A stretch of DNA of 50,881 nt from an uncultured Candidatus Saccharibacteria bacterium (GCA_937958235.1 CALFGG010000050.1:1-50881); one strand, 5' to 3'. Positions 11,453-21,304 are shown, counted from the first letter of the stretch. The notes: generated by a model not told the origin, from the letters alone. Translations and numbers: made by a program.

Positions 11453-12179
11453 TATCAAAGCCAGAGGTCGCAAAGGAGCCAAATTTAAAGCTTGGCATAC
11501 CACCTAAATTGTATCGCCCCATAAAAGTGGTGGCTTCAGCAGTATTTTGCTTAACCTTATCTAGCATTTTATGTTCAGATAAACATTCGTTAAAGGAAGG
11601 ATCGAGATTAATTTCTTTAGCAATACTCTGCCAATATGCGGGAGTGAGATCCTTGATGGCTGGCGCATTTTTAGAAGTACCAATACCCTTGCTTTGATAA
11701 TCTTGCCAAAGGCGACGAATCACCTGGTGATAGTAATCCCAGAATCTATTTTGCTCAGTAGCGCAGGCTACGGCCTCGGCGCTCATTCTTGAAAAGCCAT
11801 AGTGATCCATATTATTTTCAGACAAAAAGTCGGTGACACGTAGTTCAAAAACAATATCGTGATCTTTGAGATATTTCTCAAATTTTTCCTGATTCTCTAA
11901 TGTGAGACGTGAAAAGACTGTACAATATGGACACATAACATCAGTTACCATGACATAATGATTTTTGGCGTTTTTATTACCTAAAATCGTGCGTTCGTCA
12001 CGAATACTATTTAAATCTTGATTCTTGGGTGCAGAAGTGAGAGCTAACGCAAGAAAAACTACGACGATAGCACCAATAACAATAAGACGAATAGCGCGGC
12101 TAAACATATTGGGACTAGTATGCTCTTCATAGTCTTTAGAGTCGGTAGAATCTATTTGATGATGATCATTTTTACTCAT
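11400..12179 (-). CDS. Membrane-anchored DsbA-like thioredoxin-fold protein
   Basis: N-terminal TM, CPYC, AVACA/NECL second Cys pair, GMP cis-Pro loop. Confidence 0.85.
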   Translation of the reverse strand: MSKNDHHQIDSTDSKDYEEHTSPNMFSRAIRLIVIGAIVVVFLALALTSAPKNQDLNSIRDERTILGNKNAKNHYVMVTDVMCPYCTVFSRLTLENQEKFEKYLKDHDIVFELRVTDFLSENNMDHYGFSRMSAEAVACATEQNRFWDYYHQVIRRLWQDYQSKGIGTSKNAPAIKDLTPAYWQSIAKEINLDPSFNECLSEHKMLDKVKQNTAEATTFMGRYNLGGMPSFKFGSFATSGFDTSWDYSYVERFLAQGLK

Positions 12180-12810
12180 GTTTTTCTCCTTCGGGTGCTG
12201 TTTGGGATTTTATTTGTTGATATTTTTCCGCCTCAGAAATTATATATGCCTCATAGCCAAGTTTTTGAAAGACGAAGAACGCCATAATTAACGATATAAG
12301 ATTAAGAATCACGGAAACAGTACCGATTAGCGCCAGCCCGGATGAGCCAAGGATCGAAATAAAAATAGGGGCAAGCAGCGCAGTACCACAGGTGGGACAA
12401 CCAGAGCTTAATAGAAAGAAGCTGGCAATAATGCCGGTACTTTGAAGATTATCGGAGAGATTCTGTTTGCGAAAGTGCAAGATAAAGAAAAGTAGGCCAA
12501 TGAGTACTGATTGAACTAGATTAATTAACGACATAAAGAAGAAGTCCGGCAGGGTGCGGCCCACACCAAACACGGCGGCAACGGTATGAGCAATAAGGAC
12601 AAGTTTTCCACGTAAGTTAGAGAGTTGGAAGAGCTGCCAGTTGGCCGAACCAGCCGCAAAGAAATTGAGAAGAAAACCAAAAACTAGGAAACAGATCAGG
12701 AACGGCCAAAGAAAATGGCGATTTCCAAAGAGGCTCGGAAGATTTTTGATTGCGTCATGGAGATGCGAGAAAAACCGTCGAAAACGTCGCTGAATTGGCT
12801 GCTTTTTAAT
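12172..12810 (-). CDS. Multi-pass membrane protein with CPTC motif; probable ATT start
   Basis: Frame open 79 codons upstream of the GTG at 12573 and encodes another TM; GGAGG-N5-ATT at 12810. Confidence 0.75.
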   Translation of the reverse strand: MKKQPIQRRFRRFFSHLHDAIKNLPSLFGNRHFLWPFLICFLVFGFLLNFFAAGSANWQLFQLSNLRGKLVLIAHTVAAVFGVGRTLPDFFFMSLINLVQSVLIGLLFFILHFRKQNLSDNLQSTGIIASFFLLSSGCPTCGTALLAPIFISILGSSGLALIGTVSVILNLISLIMAFFVFQKLGYEAYIISEAEKYQQIKSQTAPEGEKHE

Positions 12811-12834
12811 AATTACCTCCTAATTTTAGTTTAA

Positions 12835-14172
12835 TTATAGCTCATTAATTTTGACACGAGTTTGAGCCAGTGTATCACGGTCTCTAATTGTAACAGTATC
12901 ATCTTCAAGAGTATCAAAATCGATGACCACGCATTTTGGAGTACCGATTTCATCCTGCTTACGATAACGCTTGCCAATATTACCAGAATCATCCCAAGTG
13001 ACATTACCATATTTCTTACGAAGAATTTGATAAACAGTTCTGGCTTTTTCGACTAGTTCAGGCTTATTTTTAAGCAGAGGGGAGACACAAAAACGGAATG
13101 GAGCAAAAGCTTCAGGGAGTTTTAAGACGGTACGCTTTTCACCATTTACCTCATCTTCATGATAGGCAGCAGAAAGTACTGCCATAACTAAGCGTTCGAC
13201 ACCAAAGGAAGGCTCAATGACATGTGGGACAAAGCTTTCGCCAGTCTTTTTATCACGATACTCCATATTCTTACCAGATGCGCGGGCCACATTCTGAAGA
13301 TCAAAATCCGTACGATAGGCAATACCCATTAGCTCTTCGGATCCAATCGGAAAGTCAAATTCAATATCAACAGTTCGCTTTGAATAGTGCGCACGATCAT
13401 CGGCTGGAACCTCATACTCATGAATCATACTAGCTGGAAGCTGCATTGTCTCTTCAAGAAAAACATGAACATCTCGAAGGAGTTCAGCAAAAATACGCTC
13501 CCAATCATTTGGATGCACAAAATATTCGATCTCCATCTGCTCAAGCTCACGACAACGGAAGATAAAATCACGTGGAGAAATCTCGTTACGAAAAGCCTTA
13601 CCTTGCTGAGCAAGACCAAAAGGCAGGTCTGGATAAACGTTATCAACAACGTTTTTATAGTTCGTGAATATTCCCTGGGCAGTTTCGGGACGAAGATAGG
13701 CAATTGAGGTCTCATCAGAAACGGCACCAACATGAGTCTCAAACATCATATTAAATTGTTTGACTTCACCCCAGTTGATCTTGCCACAAGTTGGACACTT
13801 GATACCAGCATTAATCAGTTGGTCTTTCGTGATATTGGCGGATAAATCATGGCCTTCAGCGGTTTTTGCTAATTTATCAGCACGGAAGCGACCATGACAT
13901 TCATTACATTCCACGAGCGGGTCGGCGAAAGTGGCAGCGTGTCCTGAAGCGACCCAGGTTTTAGGATTCATAATAATGGCAGCGTCGACACCAAGCATAT
14001 CTTCACGATCCTCAACCCAGTATTTCCACCAGGTTTGCATAATTTTACGCTTTAAAGCGACACCAAGAGGACCAAAATCCCAAGTACCAGCCATGCCGCC
14101 ATAAACATCAGATCCTTGAAAAATAAAACCACGACGCTTACATAGACTAACGATATCCTCAAGTTTTGCCAT
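12835..14172 (-). CDS. glyQS: Glycine--tRNA ligase, homodimeric alpha2 type
   Basis: LRPETAQGIF, GKAFRNEISP, VIEPSFG, IGKRYRKQDEIGTP. Confidence 0.97.
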   Translation of the reverse strand: MAKLEDIVSLCKRRGFIFQGSDVYGGMAGTWDFGPLGVALKRKIMQTWWKYWVEDREDMLGVDAAIIMNPKTWVASGHAATFADPLVECNECHGRFRADKLAKTAEGHDLSANITKDQLINAGIKCPTCGKINWGEVKQFNMMFETHVGAVSDETSIAYLRPETAQGIFTNYKNVVDNVYPDLPFGLAQQGKAFRNEISPRDFIFRCRELEQMEIEYFVHPNDWERIFAELLRDVHVFLEETMQLPASMIHEYEVPADDRAHYSKRTVDIEFDFPIGSEELMGIAYRTDFDLQNVARASGKNMEYRDKKTGESFVPHVIEPSFGVERLVMAVLSAAYHEDEVNGEKRTVLKLPEAFAPFRFCVSPLLKNKPELVEKARTVYQILRKKYGNVTWDDSGNIGKRYRKQDEIGTPKCVVIDFDTLEDDTVTIRDRDTLAQTRVKINEL

Positions 14173-14206
14173 ATCAACTCCTATTATTTCTTTTTATTAT
14201 AACATC

Positions 14207-14908
14207 TTAGCTGGCAATATAGGAAAGTATCGGCAAATAGGTATAAAGGTTTTTAATTTTTAAGATAACATGAATATTGGTCGACAAAATGAGGCGGAGA
14301 ATTTTAATTACATTTTGGTCAATCATGCCTTCCCCATCTGATCTTCTAATAAGAACCTTTTCAAAATTATCCCAGTCGTAAGTGGCTGAGGCCTCAAGCC
14401 TTTGGCCATCACGATCAAAGAAGACGTTAATTTCTTCACCAGAGATTCTAGCCTGATTTAGGTGAAAATAGATTTTAATCAACTGTTTAGTTGAGGCGTC
14501 AGATTGCGATAAATTAAGAGCACTTAGGGTTTGATGTAAAAGATTAAAAAGGTCAGCTGAGTCAATTTGGTGCGAAAGGCGTGAAACCTGTTTTAAAAAG
14601 CTAGAGGCTAGTTCCAGAGTTTCAAGATCACCAATGATTTGATGATAAAATTCCTTGGGCCTGGCTGAAGTAAGAATACCAAATGAGTCATCAGTCGCGT
14701 TTTCGTTTTTTTTGGAATCCTTTTGATGAACGACAATACTAGAAAGAGTGAACATCTCAATACCCCCGGCAAGCTTTGATTTTTCCTTACGAGCACCCTT
14801 AGCAATAGCAGAAAGACGACCATCAGGAGTGAGAAAGGTAATAATTCGGTCACCTTCGCGATAATTTACACGCTTTAATACAATTGCGTCGGTCTTAAGA
14901 TCAGCCAT
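14207..14908 (-). CDS. recO: DNA repair protein RecO
   Basis: AIVLKRVNYREGDRI...AKGARKEKSKL N-terminal OB signature; recO-glyQS synteny. Confidence 0.92.
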   Translation of the reverse strand: MADLKTDAIVLKRVNYREGDRIITFLTPDGRLSAIAKGARKEKSKLAGGIEMFTLSSIVVHQKDSKKNENATDDSFGILTSARPKEFYHQIIGDLETLELASSFLKQVSRLSHQIDSADLFNLLHQTLSALNLSQSDASTKQLIKIYFHLNQARISGEEINVFFDRDGQRLEASATYDWDNFEKVLIRRSDGEGMIDQNVIKILRLILSTNIHVILKIKNLYTYLPILSYIAS

Positions 14909-15343
14909 CTAAACCTCAAAGTCCTTCTTTTTTAAAGCTTTAATGACGGCGGAAAAAAGTGACTGTGGCGTCATGGTGGTTTTATTTAAAATTTCCACGA
15001 CATTATAGCTTTCGTAGGTCTGATCGGGAAATTTGAGAGAAGAAACAATAATAACTGGTATCTTGGAGAGATCGGGGTAGGAGGCGATTTCATTCAAAAA
15101 GGTGAAGCCGTCCGGTCCGATCAAAAGCACATCCAGAATAAAAAGATCCGGCGGCTTGCAGCCATCCGGTAATGCAGCAATGGCTTCTATGCAATTTGTA
15201 AAGCAGCGAATTGACAGGTTTTGACCATTTTTTTGAAAAGCCTTTTTTAAGTTCTTCGAAAAAAGCCGTGAAAGAATGGGATCATCCTCAAGTAGGAAGA
15301 TTTCGATGGTTTCTTTAGTGGAAGCTAGTTTATTCTTTAACAT
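14909..15343 (-). CDS. Stand-alone response regulator receiver
   Basis: LEDD, PDLFILD, DGF, IIVSS, K; no output domain. Confidence 0.88.
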   Translation of the reverse strand: MLKNKLASTKETIEIFLLEDDPILSRLFSKNLKKAFQKNGQNLSIRCFTNCIEAIAALPDGCKPPDLFILDVLLIGPDGFTFLNEIASYPDLSKIPVIIVSSLKFPDQTYESYNVVEILNKTTMTPQSLFSAVIKALKKKDFEV

Positions 15344-15352
15344 AATAAAAAC

Positions 15353-16042
15353 CTAAAAGGCAAACGCAACTTGCTTGGATGCGGGAAGGCGAAGCTTAAA
15401 ACTAGTGCCGTCACGATGACGCACCGCTAAAAGTTCTGCCTGCATGTACTGCGAAAACTTTGAGGCAATGAAGAGGCCCAGGCCGGAACTGCCGGGGCGC
15501 ATGGAGATACTTGCAGGACGGACCATACCATCTTTTAGAGATTGCCAAATCTGTTTAGGAAGGCAGGGCCCAAAGTCACGCACCGTAATCTCTACAGAAT
15601 CACCACGGTCAGAAATTACCAGAGATGACTCCGTTTCAGAGGTGGAATAATACATTGCGTTAATACAGAAGTTATATATAACACTGAAGAGAAGGTCCGG
15701 ATTCGCAATGGCGAGGTCGTGACGATTTTTATAAAAAGCTGCAACGCTGCGTTGGTTGATCTGAAAAAAGGGCTGAAGTTCAGTGAGAACATGGTCGCAA
15801 ATTCGGCGCACAGAGACTGGCTCCATTTCGAAGAGACCATCCTCGAGTCTAGCAATTTTAGTAAGATCGTTAACTTGTCTGAGAGCACGCTCAGAAATAT
15901 TGATCAGTTGTTTCTTAGTATCCTTTAACTCAGCGAGGCTGTCCTCCTGAAAATCCATTGAAAGAGCAAGCTGACGCATCACCGCAAGCGGACTTTTCAA
16001 CTCATGGGCAACAACTGCTAAACCTCCGACCTCACTTACCAT
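15353..16042 (-). CDS. Minimal histidine kinase (HisKA + HATPase only)
   Basis: H-box AHELKSPL at residue ~13, N-box, DFGP, GLGL; no TM or sensor. Confidence 0.88.
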   Translation of the reverse strand: MVSEVGGLAVVAHELKSPLAVMRQLALSMDFQEDSLAELKDTKKQLINISERALRQVNDLTKIARLEDGLFEMEPVSVRRICDHVLTELQPFFQINQRSVAAFYKNRHDLAIANPDLLFSVIYNFCINAMYYSTSETESSLVISDRGDSVEITVRDFGPCLPKQIWQSLKDGMVRPASISMRPGSSGLGLFIASKFSQYMQAELLAVRHRDGTSFKLRLPASKQVAFAF

Positions 16043-16112
16043 AGGTCAATTATAGCAGAGAAAAAATTTATAGTCAGATTTTTGAAAATTGCATTTGAAG
16101 AAACGCACCTGA

Positions 16113-17189
16113 TTAGCTATTGAAGCGGATGGTGGAGAGAATACGTTCAAAGTCAGCACGGAAGACATTGCTCGAATCGGTTTGAAGCAGAGCAGTCTTA
16201 TCGCGAATCTTAAAGATACAGACAATACCCATGAGGTCACTATCTAATTTACCAGTATAGACATTAACATTAACACCATTAACCACTGTTGAAGAGACGG
16301 TCATCTCTTGCGACTGTACTTTATCGGTGAAATCCTCAAGAACACGATCAAGCTGTTCGTTTTTAATTGTAACCCGAAGAGCCATAACGGTATTGTCAGC
16401 CACAACGTTCACCTGGCCAGGATTGAGGTAGGCATGATAGTCGCCACCACGACTGGCATCATCAGGAATGTAGAGATTCCAAGTCTTAGGATACTCAAAG
16501 TTTAAGGCGCCAAGATCGGTGGGGCCAGAAAATGTTAAGAAAGGATATTTTTCTTTTTCTTCAAAATCATTTTCTAACTTAGTTTGTAAACTATTTCTAG
16601 CCTCGGCAACAGCCACGTCGATTTTTCCCTGTACATTGGTGTTGGCTTCACTCCATTTTAAGGTCATCCAGATGAAGAGTCCGACAAAGAGGACGGCGAG
16701 AAGAGAAACAACAATCAGGCCAATGGTTTTAAGGAGGTCGACACGGTTCTTAGCACGAGCGATACGCTCAGCTTCTTTTTTCTCCTCATCGGTCATGAGA
16801 TTAAAATCTTTATTTAGAAGATTACCGGAAGGATCAGTAACCTGAGACATAAAGGAGGCGTTATTTACTGGAGTAGATGAGGGTGCGGCTTGAGGCATAG
16901 CGGAGGGCTGAGGTGAAACTGTAGGATTTACTGGGGAATAAGGAGACGCGGGTTGATTAAAACTCTGGGGGTTAAAGCCAGGAGTGGAGGTCGCAGATGG
17001 AACAGCAGAAGTGGCAGGAGCGGACGCAAAACCAAAAGCCTGTGAAGACTGTGCGGGTTGCGGGGTTTGAGAGGCCTGCATTGTTTGCGGAGATGGTTGT
17101 CCTTGTGGAGAAATTGGATTCCAAAAATTAGCGTCTTGCGGCGTAACACCTTGACCATTATTAAAATTATTTGAACCCTGATTATCCAT
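16113..17189 (-). CDS. Single-pass protein with Pro/Gln/Ser-rich N-terminus and folded C-terminal domain
   Basis: Low-complexity first ~120 aa, TM near residue 155, FEYPKTW...ILSTIRF (PsbP-like by pattern). Confidence 0.8.
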   Translation of the reverse strand: MDNQGSNNFNNGQGVTPQDANFWNPISPQGQPSPQTMQASQTPQPAQSSQAFGFASAPATSAVPSATSTPGFNPQSFNQPASPYSPVNPTVSPQPSAMPQAAPSSTPVNNASFMSQVTDPSGNLLNKDFNLMTDEEKKEAERIARAKNRVDLLKTIGLIVVSLLAVLFVGLFIWMTLKWSEANTNVQGKIDVAVAEARNSLQTKLENDFEEKEKYPFLTFSGPTDLGALNFEYPKTWNLYIPDDASRGGDYHAYLNPGQVNVVADNTVMALRVTIKNEQLDRVLEDFTDKVQSQEMTVSSTVVNGVNVNVYTGKLDSDLMGIVCIFKIRDKTALLQTDSSNVFRADFERILSTIRFNS

Positions 17190-17246
17190 ATATTTATATT
17201 TTACTTATGATTATTTATTTGTAAAGTTACTTGCTTACTTTACATT

Positions 17247-17483
17247 CTATTCTTTACTAAAATCACGATCAATGATTTCAATTTGATTCTTAATCTCATT
17301 GAGACTTTTTTCAATTTCTTTTGCCGAGAGAGCTACTTCCTGATATTTTTGACTGGCCTCTTCAAGAGAAAATTCGTCGCCGTAAAACCACTCAATCTGC
17401 TGGTCTAATTGTGCTAAGCGCTGATTAATTGAAAGAACGGTGGTTTTAGTTTTTGTCTTCTTGGGACTGGTTGATTCTGCCAT
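17247..17483 (-). CDS. xseB: Exodeoxyribonuclease VII small subunit
   Basis: 78 aa helical protein, SLEEA..KYQE, directly after xseA. Confidence 0.85.
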   Translation of the reverse strand: MAESTSPKKTKTKTTVLSINQRLAQLDQQIEWFYGDEFSLEEASQKYQEVALSAKEIEKSLNEIKNQIEIIDRDFSKE

Positions 17484-17485
17484 AA

Positions 17486-18583
17486 TTACTCCTTATTTTT
17501 AACTTTAATTATTTTGGCTTCGGCTTGATGAGTTTCGGTTTCAAGATGAACAATCGCATTCTCTGATAATTGACCATGAATGATAGCATAGCCGCGTTTT
17601 AAGACAATGGCTGGATTTAAGTTTTCGATAATCTTCTGCTTTTGTTGGATTTTTTGCAGTTCAAGTTGCAGAAAATTAAAGATTTTAGTGCGAATACTTT
17701 CAATTTGTTCCCTTAACTTATGTTCTTCAAAATTAATTTTACTCACAATCTGCTGATGAATACGTGACACTTGAAGTTTAAGTGAATGGATCTCAGCTTG
17801 ACGATCGCGAGTCAAAAATTGAGCGGCATTACTTGGAGTGGAGGCAGCTAGGTCAGCTGCAAGATCAGCAAGAGACTCATCAACTTCATGACCAATACCA
17901 GTGATTACCGGAATACGGCTTCCAGCAATGGTGCGAACCAATTTTTCGTCGTTAAAAATCGCGAGATCATCTTTTGAGCCACCGCCACGAATCAGGGCAA
18001 TCACCTGATTATCCGTATACTGATTCATATACTCAATCGCACGCACGATTTGATCAACGGCTGGTAATCCTTGAACCTGGGTATGTGCCACCTGAATCTT
18101 GAGTTCACCCCAGCGTTCGTTAATAATTTTAATAAAGTCAGCATAGCCGGCAGCCTGAGTAGAAGAAATAACACCTAGACGCTCAAGGTTACGAGCAATG
18201 GGACGTTTTTTAGCCGGATCAAATAGGCCTTCTTTTTGTAATTTAGCCTTAAGTAGCTCAAAGGCTTTTTTAAGACTACCCTCGCCTAGAGGATGAAAAC
18301 GCTTGATAGTGAGACTGAATTTACCGAAATTAGTGAGTTTTGGTGTGGCCTGAACGGCAATCTTCATGCCATCTTCAAGAGGAAAACCACCAAGTTGATA
18401 GATTGTCATAAAACAACCGATGGACGATTCGGAATCTTTTAGATCAAAGAAGACCCATTTGCCTTGGTTAACTTTAAAACTGCTAACTTCACCAAAAACT
18501 ACAACGTCACCTAATCCAGTTTCTAAAACTTGATTTGTAACTGAAACGAATTGACTAACGGTAAATCGCGGAGCTTCCGACAT
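17486..18583 (-). CDS. xseA: Exodeoxyribonuclease VII large subunit
   Basis: GEVSS, FFDLKD, RGGGS, GIGHEVD, TPSNAA, LKRGY. Confidence 0.96.
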   Translation of the reverse strand: MSEAPRFTVSQFVSVTNQVLETGLGDVVVFGEVSSFKVNQGKWVFFDLKDSESSIGCFMTIYQLGGFPLEDGMKIAVQATPKLTNFGKFSLTIKRFHPLGEGSLKKAFELLKAKLQKEGLFDPAKKRPIARNLERLGVISSTQAAGYADFIKIINERWGELKIQVAHTQVQGLPAVDQIVRAIEYMNQYTDNQVIALIRGGGSKDDLAIFNDEKLVRTIAGSRIPVITGIGHEVDESLADLAADLAASTPSNAAQFLTRDRQAEIHSLKLQVSRIHQQIVSKINFEEHKLREQIESIRTKIFNFLQLELQKIQQKQKIIENLNPAIVLKRGYAIIHGQLSENAIVHLETETHQAEAKIIKVKNKE

Positions 18584-18585
18584 AT

Positions 18586-19716
18586 TTAGGATTCTTTTGA
18601 AGATTCAAAGACCTTCTTTTTATCGGCTTTGCCAATCTTTGAAATGGCATTTTGGTAGAAACCATAACCAGAGACAATAGTGTTAAGAAGGACAATAACA
18701 CGAGTGACGATAACGACGGTACTTGCAACAGCAAGGTTGGTGCCAAGAATACACATAACAGTAATCATGGAACCTTCGTAGCCGCCTACACCACCTGGAG
18801 TAGGAAGAACAGCACCTACGAGCGAACCGAGAGCCTCTGCAACCATGATCTGTGGGAAGATTTCGCCGTGACCTAAAGATAAGGCAACGATTTCGTAGGT
18901 TGCAATTTCAAGAAAATTATAGAGAAAGCCCCAGATAATAGGTTTAACGAGAAGCTTTTTATCTTTCTTAGCAGTAAGAAAATCTTCGTGTAGATCCATG
19001 AAATACTTATTAACTTTTTCGAGCTCAAGAACCTGCTTCTTTTTACCAAAGGTAATAGTTTTGACCAGCCAGTTAGCAAAAGCAGTCAGTTCTTTGGCAG
19101 CCCAGCGGATCATCTTGCGGCTTGAAACAATGGTGATAAGAATAGCGATGGCAGCAATGATACCAACACTCATGGCGCCGACTAACCAGATCATCCAATA
19201 GGCGTTAGCTGGGACGCTGCTAGTAATAATAAGGAAGATAATGGCAAAAATTGTTTGAGTCTGGTTTGCAAGAATGGTAATTAAATAGCGCAAAATATAC
19301 ATAAAGCTAACCTGGCCGGCTGTGGCTCCGTAATTTTTTAGGCGCCAGGTGATATAACCAAGACCAGAGACACCACCAGATGGAATGGCATGGTTTACGA
19401 AATTAAGCTCAAAAGAGATGCGAGCAAGCTCCCATGTGGAAATTTTCTTAGTTTCCTTAGCTCCCTTATTCATCTGCTCAGCAATTCTCTGTTTTCCCGC
19501 CATATAGGCGAAGAAAATTTTGCCAGCACAGTAATACATGAAGAGCTGTTCTGGAATGAGGAGGCAGACAATAAATAAATTAATACTAAATTCACCACCT
19601 TCAATACAGTGTCCTCCAAAAATACAACTAGTGGCGGCGGTGATTTGGTCCCAGGCACCCCAAATAACGAAGGCGACGAGGGCTAGAGTAATTAAGCTAA
19701 GAATTTTTTTAAACAT
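18586..19716 (-). CDS. Lysylphosphatidylglycerol-synthase TM / flippase-like membrane protein
   Basis: Multiple TMs, PSGGVSG and PTPGGVGGYE motifs. Confidence 0.85.
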   Translation of the reverse strand: MFKKILSLITLALVAFVIWGAWDQITAATSCIFGGHCIEGGEFSINLFIVCLLIPEQLFMYYCAGKIFFAYMAGKQRIAEQMNKGAKETKKISTWELARISFELNFVNHAIPSGGVSGLGYITWRLKNYGATAGQVSFMYILRYLITILANQTQTIFAIIFLIITSSVPANAYWMIWLVGAMSVGIIAAIAILITIVSSRKMIRWAAKELTAFANWLVKTITFGKKKQVLELEKVNKYFMDLHEDFLTAKKDKKLLVKPIIWGFLYNFLEIATYEIVALSLGHGEIFPQIMVAEALGSLVGAVLPTPGGVGGYEGSMITVMCILGTNLAVASTVVIVTRVIVLLNTIVSGYGFYQNAISKIGKADKKKVFESSKES

Positions 19717-19825
19717 ATCCTAGATATTATAGCATAGGTGTTTCTAGATTAAAGAGAAAAATGTGATTTGCATAGAAGACCATAAGATGGTTTAATATTA
19801 GCCTAAATTTTGATATAATATTTAT

Positions 19826-20995
19826 ATGAAGTACCTCGCAGTAGCAGGCCGCCAACCTCTAATTTCTTTGGCAGAAATCCAAGCATTATATGACAAGCAC
19901 GCAAAATTGGTTGGGAAAAACTTAATAATTTTTCAGCTAAACAATAAAAAGCCCGAGATAAATCGACTGGGCGGAACAATGAAGCTCGGTGAATTATTTG
20001 AGGGTGATTTTAAAGGATTAGTTAAGCATTTAAATGAATTACACCCTGAGGGTAAAATCACTTTTGGAATTTCAGACTTTTCAAAGCAAAAAAAGGCGGG
20101 GTTTGCTTTCCAGAAGAGTATGGAAATTAAGCGAAGTTTGGGAAGAATAGGGCGAAGTGTTCGAGTAATTACCAGCAAGGAATCTGAGATTCCTTCCGCA
20201 ACCGCACATCATAATCAATTAGGCGAAAAACCTGGTTGTTATGAAATTTTGGTGCTTGACCAGGAACTTTACCTTAGCCTTGGCACACAAAACATTACCG
20301 CATATACTGAGAGAGATCAGGCGCGACCAGCGAGAGACGCTAAGGTAGGAATGTTACCTCCTAAACTTGCGCAAATTCTAATTAATTTATGTGGACCTTT
20401 GCCCGAGGGGGCGAGAATATTGGACCCGTTTTGTGGAACAGGCGTAGTTCTACAGGAAGCGGCAATTATGGGCTATACACCATATGGTACGGACCTTAGC
20501 GAGCGCATGATTGATTTTTCAAGGAAAAATTTAAACTGGCTTTTTAACGAGAGAAATAGCAAGAGATTTAAAATTAAACCAGAACTAATCTTAAAAAAAG
20601 ATGCGATCTTGGACAAACTTGCAGTAGGCGATGCTATGACTTTTCAATGGGAGGGACAGATTGACGCGGTTGCTTTCGAAAGTTACCTTGGAGCACCGAT
20701 GTCTAAGCCGCCAGTGGACATAAAATTTAAGACGGAAAAAGCTAAGTGTAGAGAGATTGCTTTAGGTTTTCTTAAAAATATTACCCCTCTCATTAAATCA
20801 GGGACACCTATCGTAATGGCGGTACCGGCTTGGCTACGAGAAACTGGCAAGTATGCACACATGAACGTTCTTGACGAAATTCAAGAGATGGGATATAATT
20901 TTGAAAAGTTTCAAGATTTGAGTCAGTCGGATTTGCTCTACTTCCGAGAAGGTCAGATTGTGGCTCGAGAAATAATAGTAATAAGGAAAAGATAG
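19826..20995 (+). CDS. Trm11-like SAM-dependent RNA methyltransferase
   Basis: RPARD...LPPKLA..LINL, LDPFCGTG; motif IV appears as ESYLG. Confidence 0.75.
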   Translation: MKYLAVAGRQPLISLAEIQALYDKHAKLVGKNLIIFQLNNKKPEINRLGGTMKLGELFEGDFKGLVKHLNELHPEGKITFGISDFSKQKKAGFAFQKSMEIKRSLGRIGRSVRVITSKESEIPSATAHHNQLGEKPGCYEILVLDQELYLSLGTQNITAYTERDQARPARDAKVGMLPPKLAQILINLCGPLPEGARILDPFCGTGVVLQEAAIMGYTPYGTDLSERMIDFSRKNLNWLFNERNSKRFKIKPELILKKDAILDKLAVGDAMTFQWEGQIDAVAFESYLGAPMSKPPVDIKFKTEKAKCREIALGFLKNITPLIKSGTPIVMAVPAWLRETGKYAHMNVLDEIQEMGYNFEKFQDLSQSDLLYFREGQIVAREIIVIRKR

Positions 20996-21003
20996 GCTAA
21001 AAT

Positions 21004-21276
21004 ATGTCACATGTTAAAGCTGGTGGTACCGCGAAGAACATTCATAATAACGCTGGTCAGCGTCTTGGTGTAAAGCGCTTCGGTGGTCAAAAGGTTCGCA
21101 ATGGCGAAGTATTAGTCCGCCAAACTGGTAGCACTAAAATTGCAGGTCCAGGTACTTATGTATCTCGCAACTTCACAATTCACGCTGCTAAAGATGGTGT
21201 AGTAACCTTTGTAAAAACAAAGAAAACTCACTTCTCTGGTCGTTCATTACCACGTGTTCGCGTTGAAGTTCGCTAA
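21004..21276 (+). CDS. rpmA: 50S ribosomal protein L27
   Basis: MSHVKAGGT...RLGVKRFGGQ...VRQ. Confidence 0.97.
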   Translation: MSHVKAGGTAKNIHNNAGQRLGVKRFGGQKVRNGEVLVRQTGSTKIAGPGTYVSRNFTIHAAKDGVVTFVKTKKTHFSGRSLPRVRVEVR

Positions 21277-21281
21277 ACAAT

Positions 21282-21304
21282 TAGACCCTTCGGGGTCTTT
21301 TTTT
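21282..21304 (+). terminator. Intrinsic terminator after rpmA
   Basis: AGACCC-TTCG-GGGTCT followed by a T-run. Confidence 0.9.
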
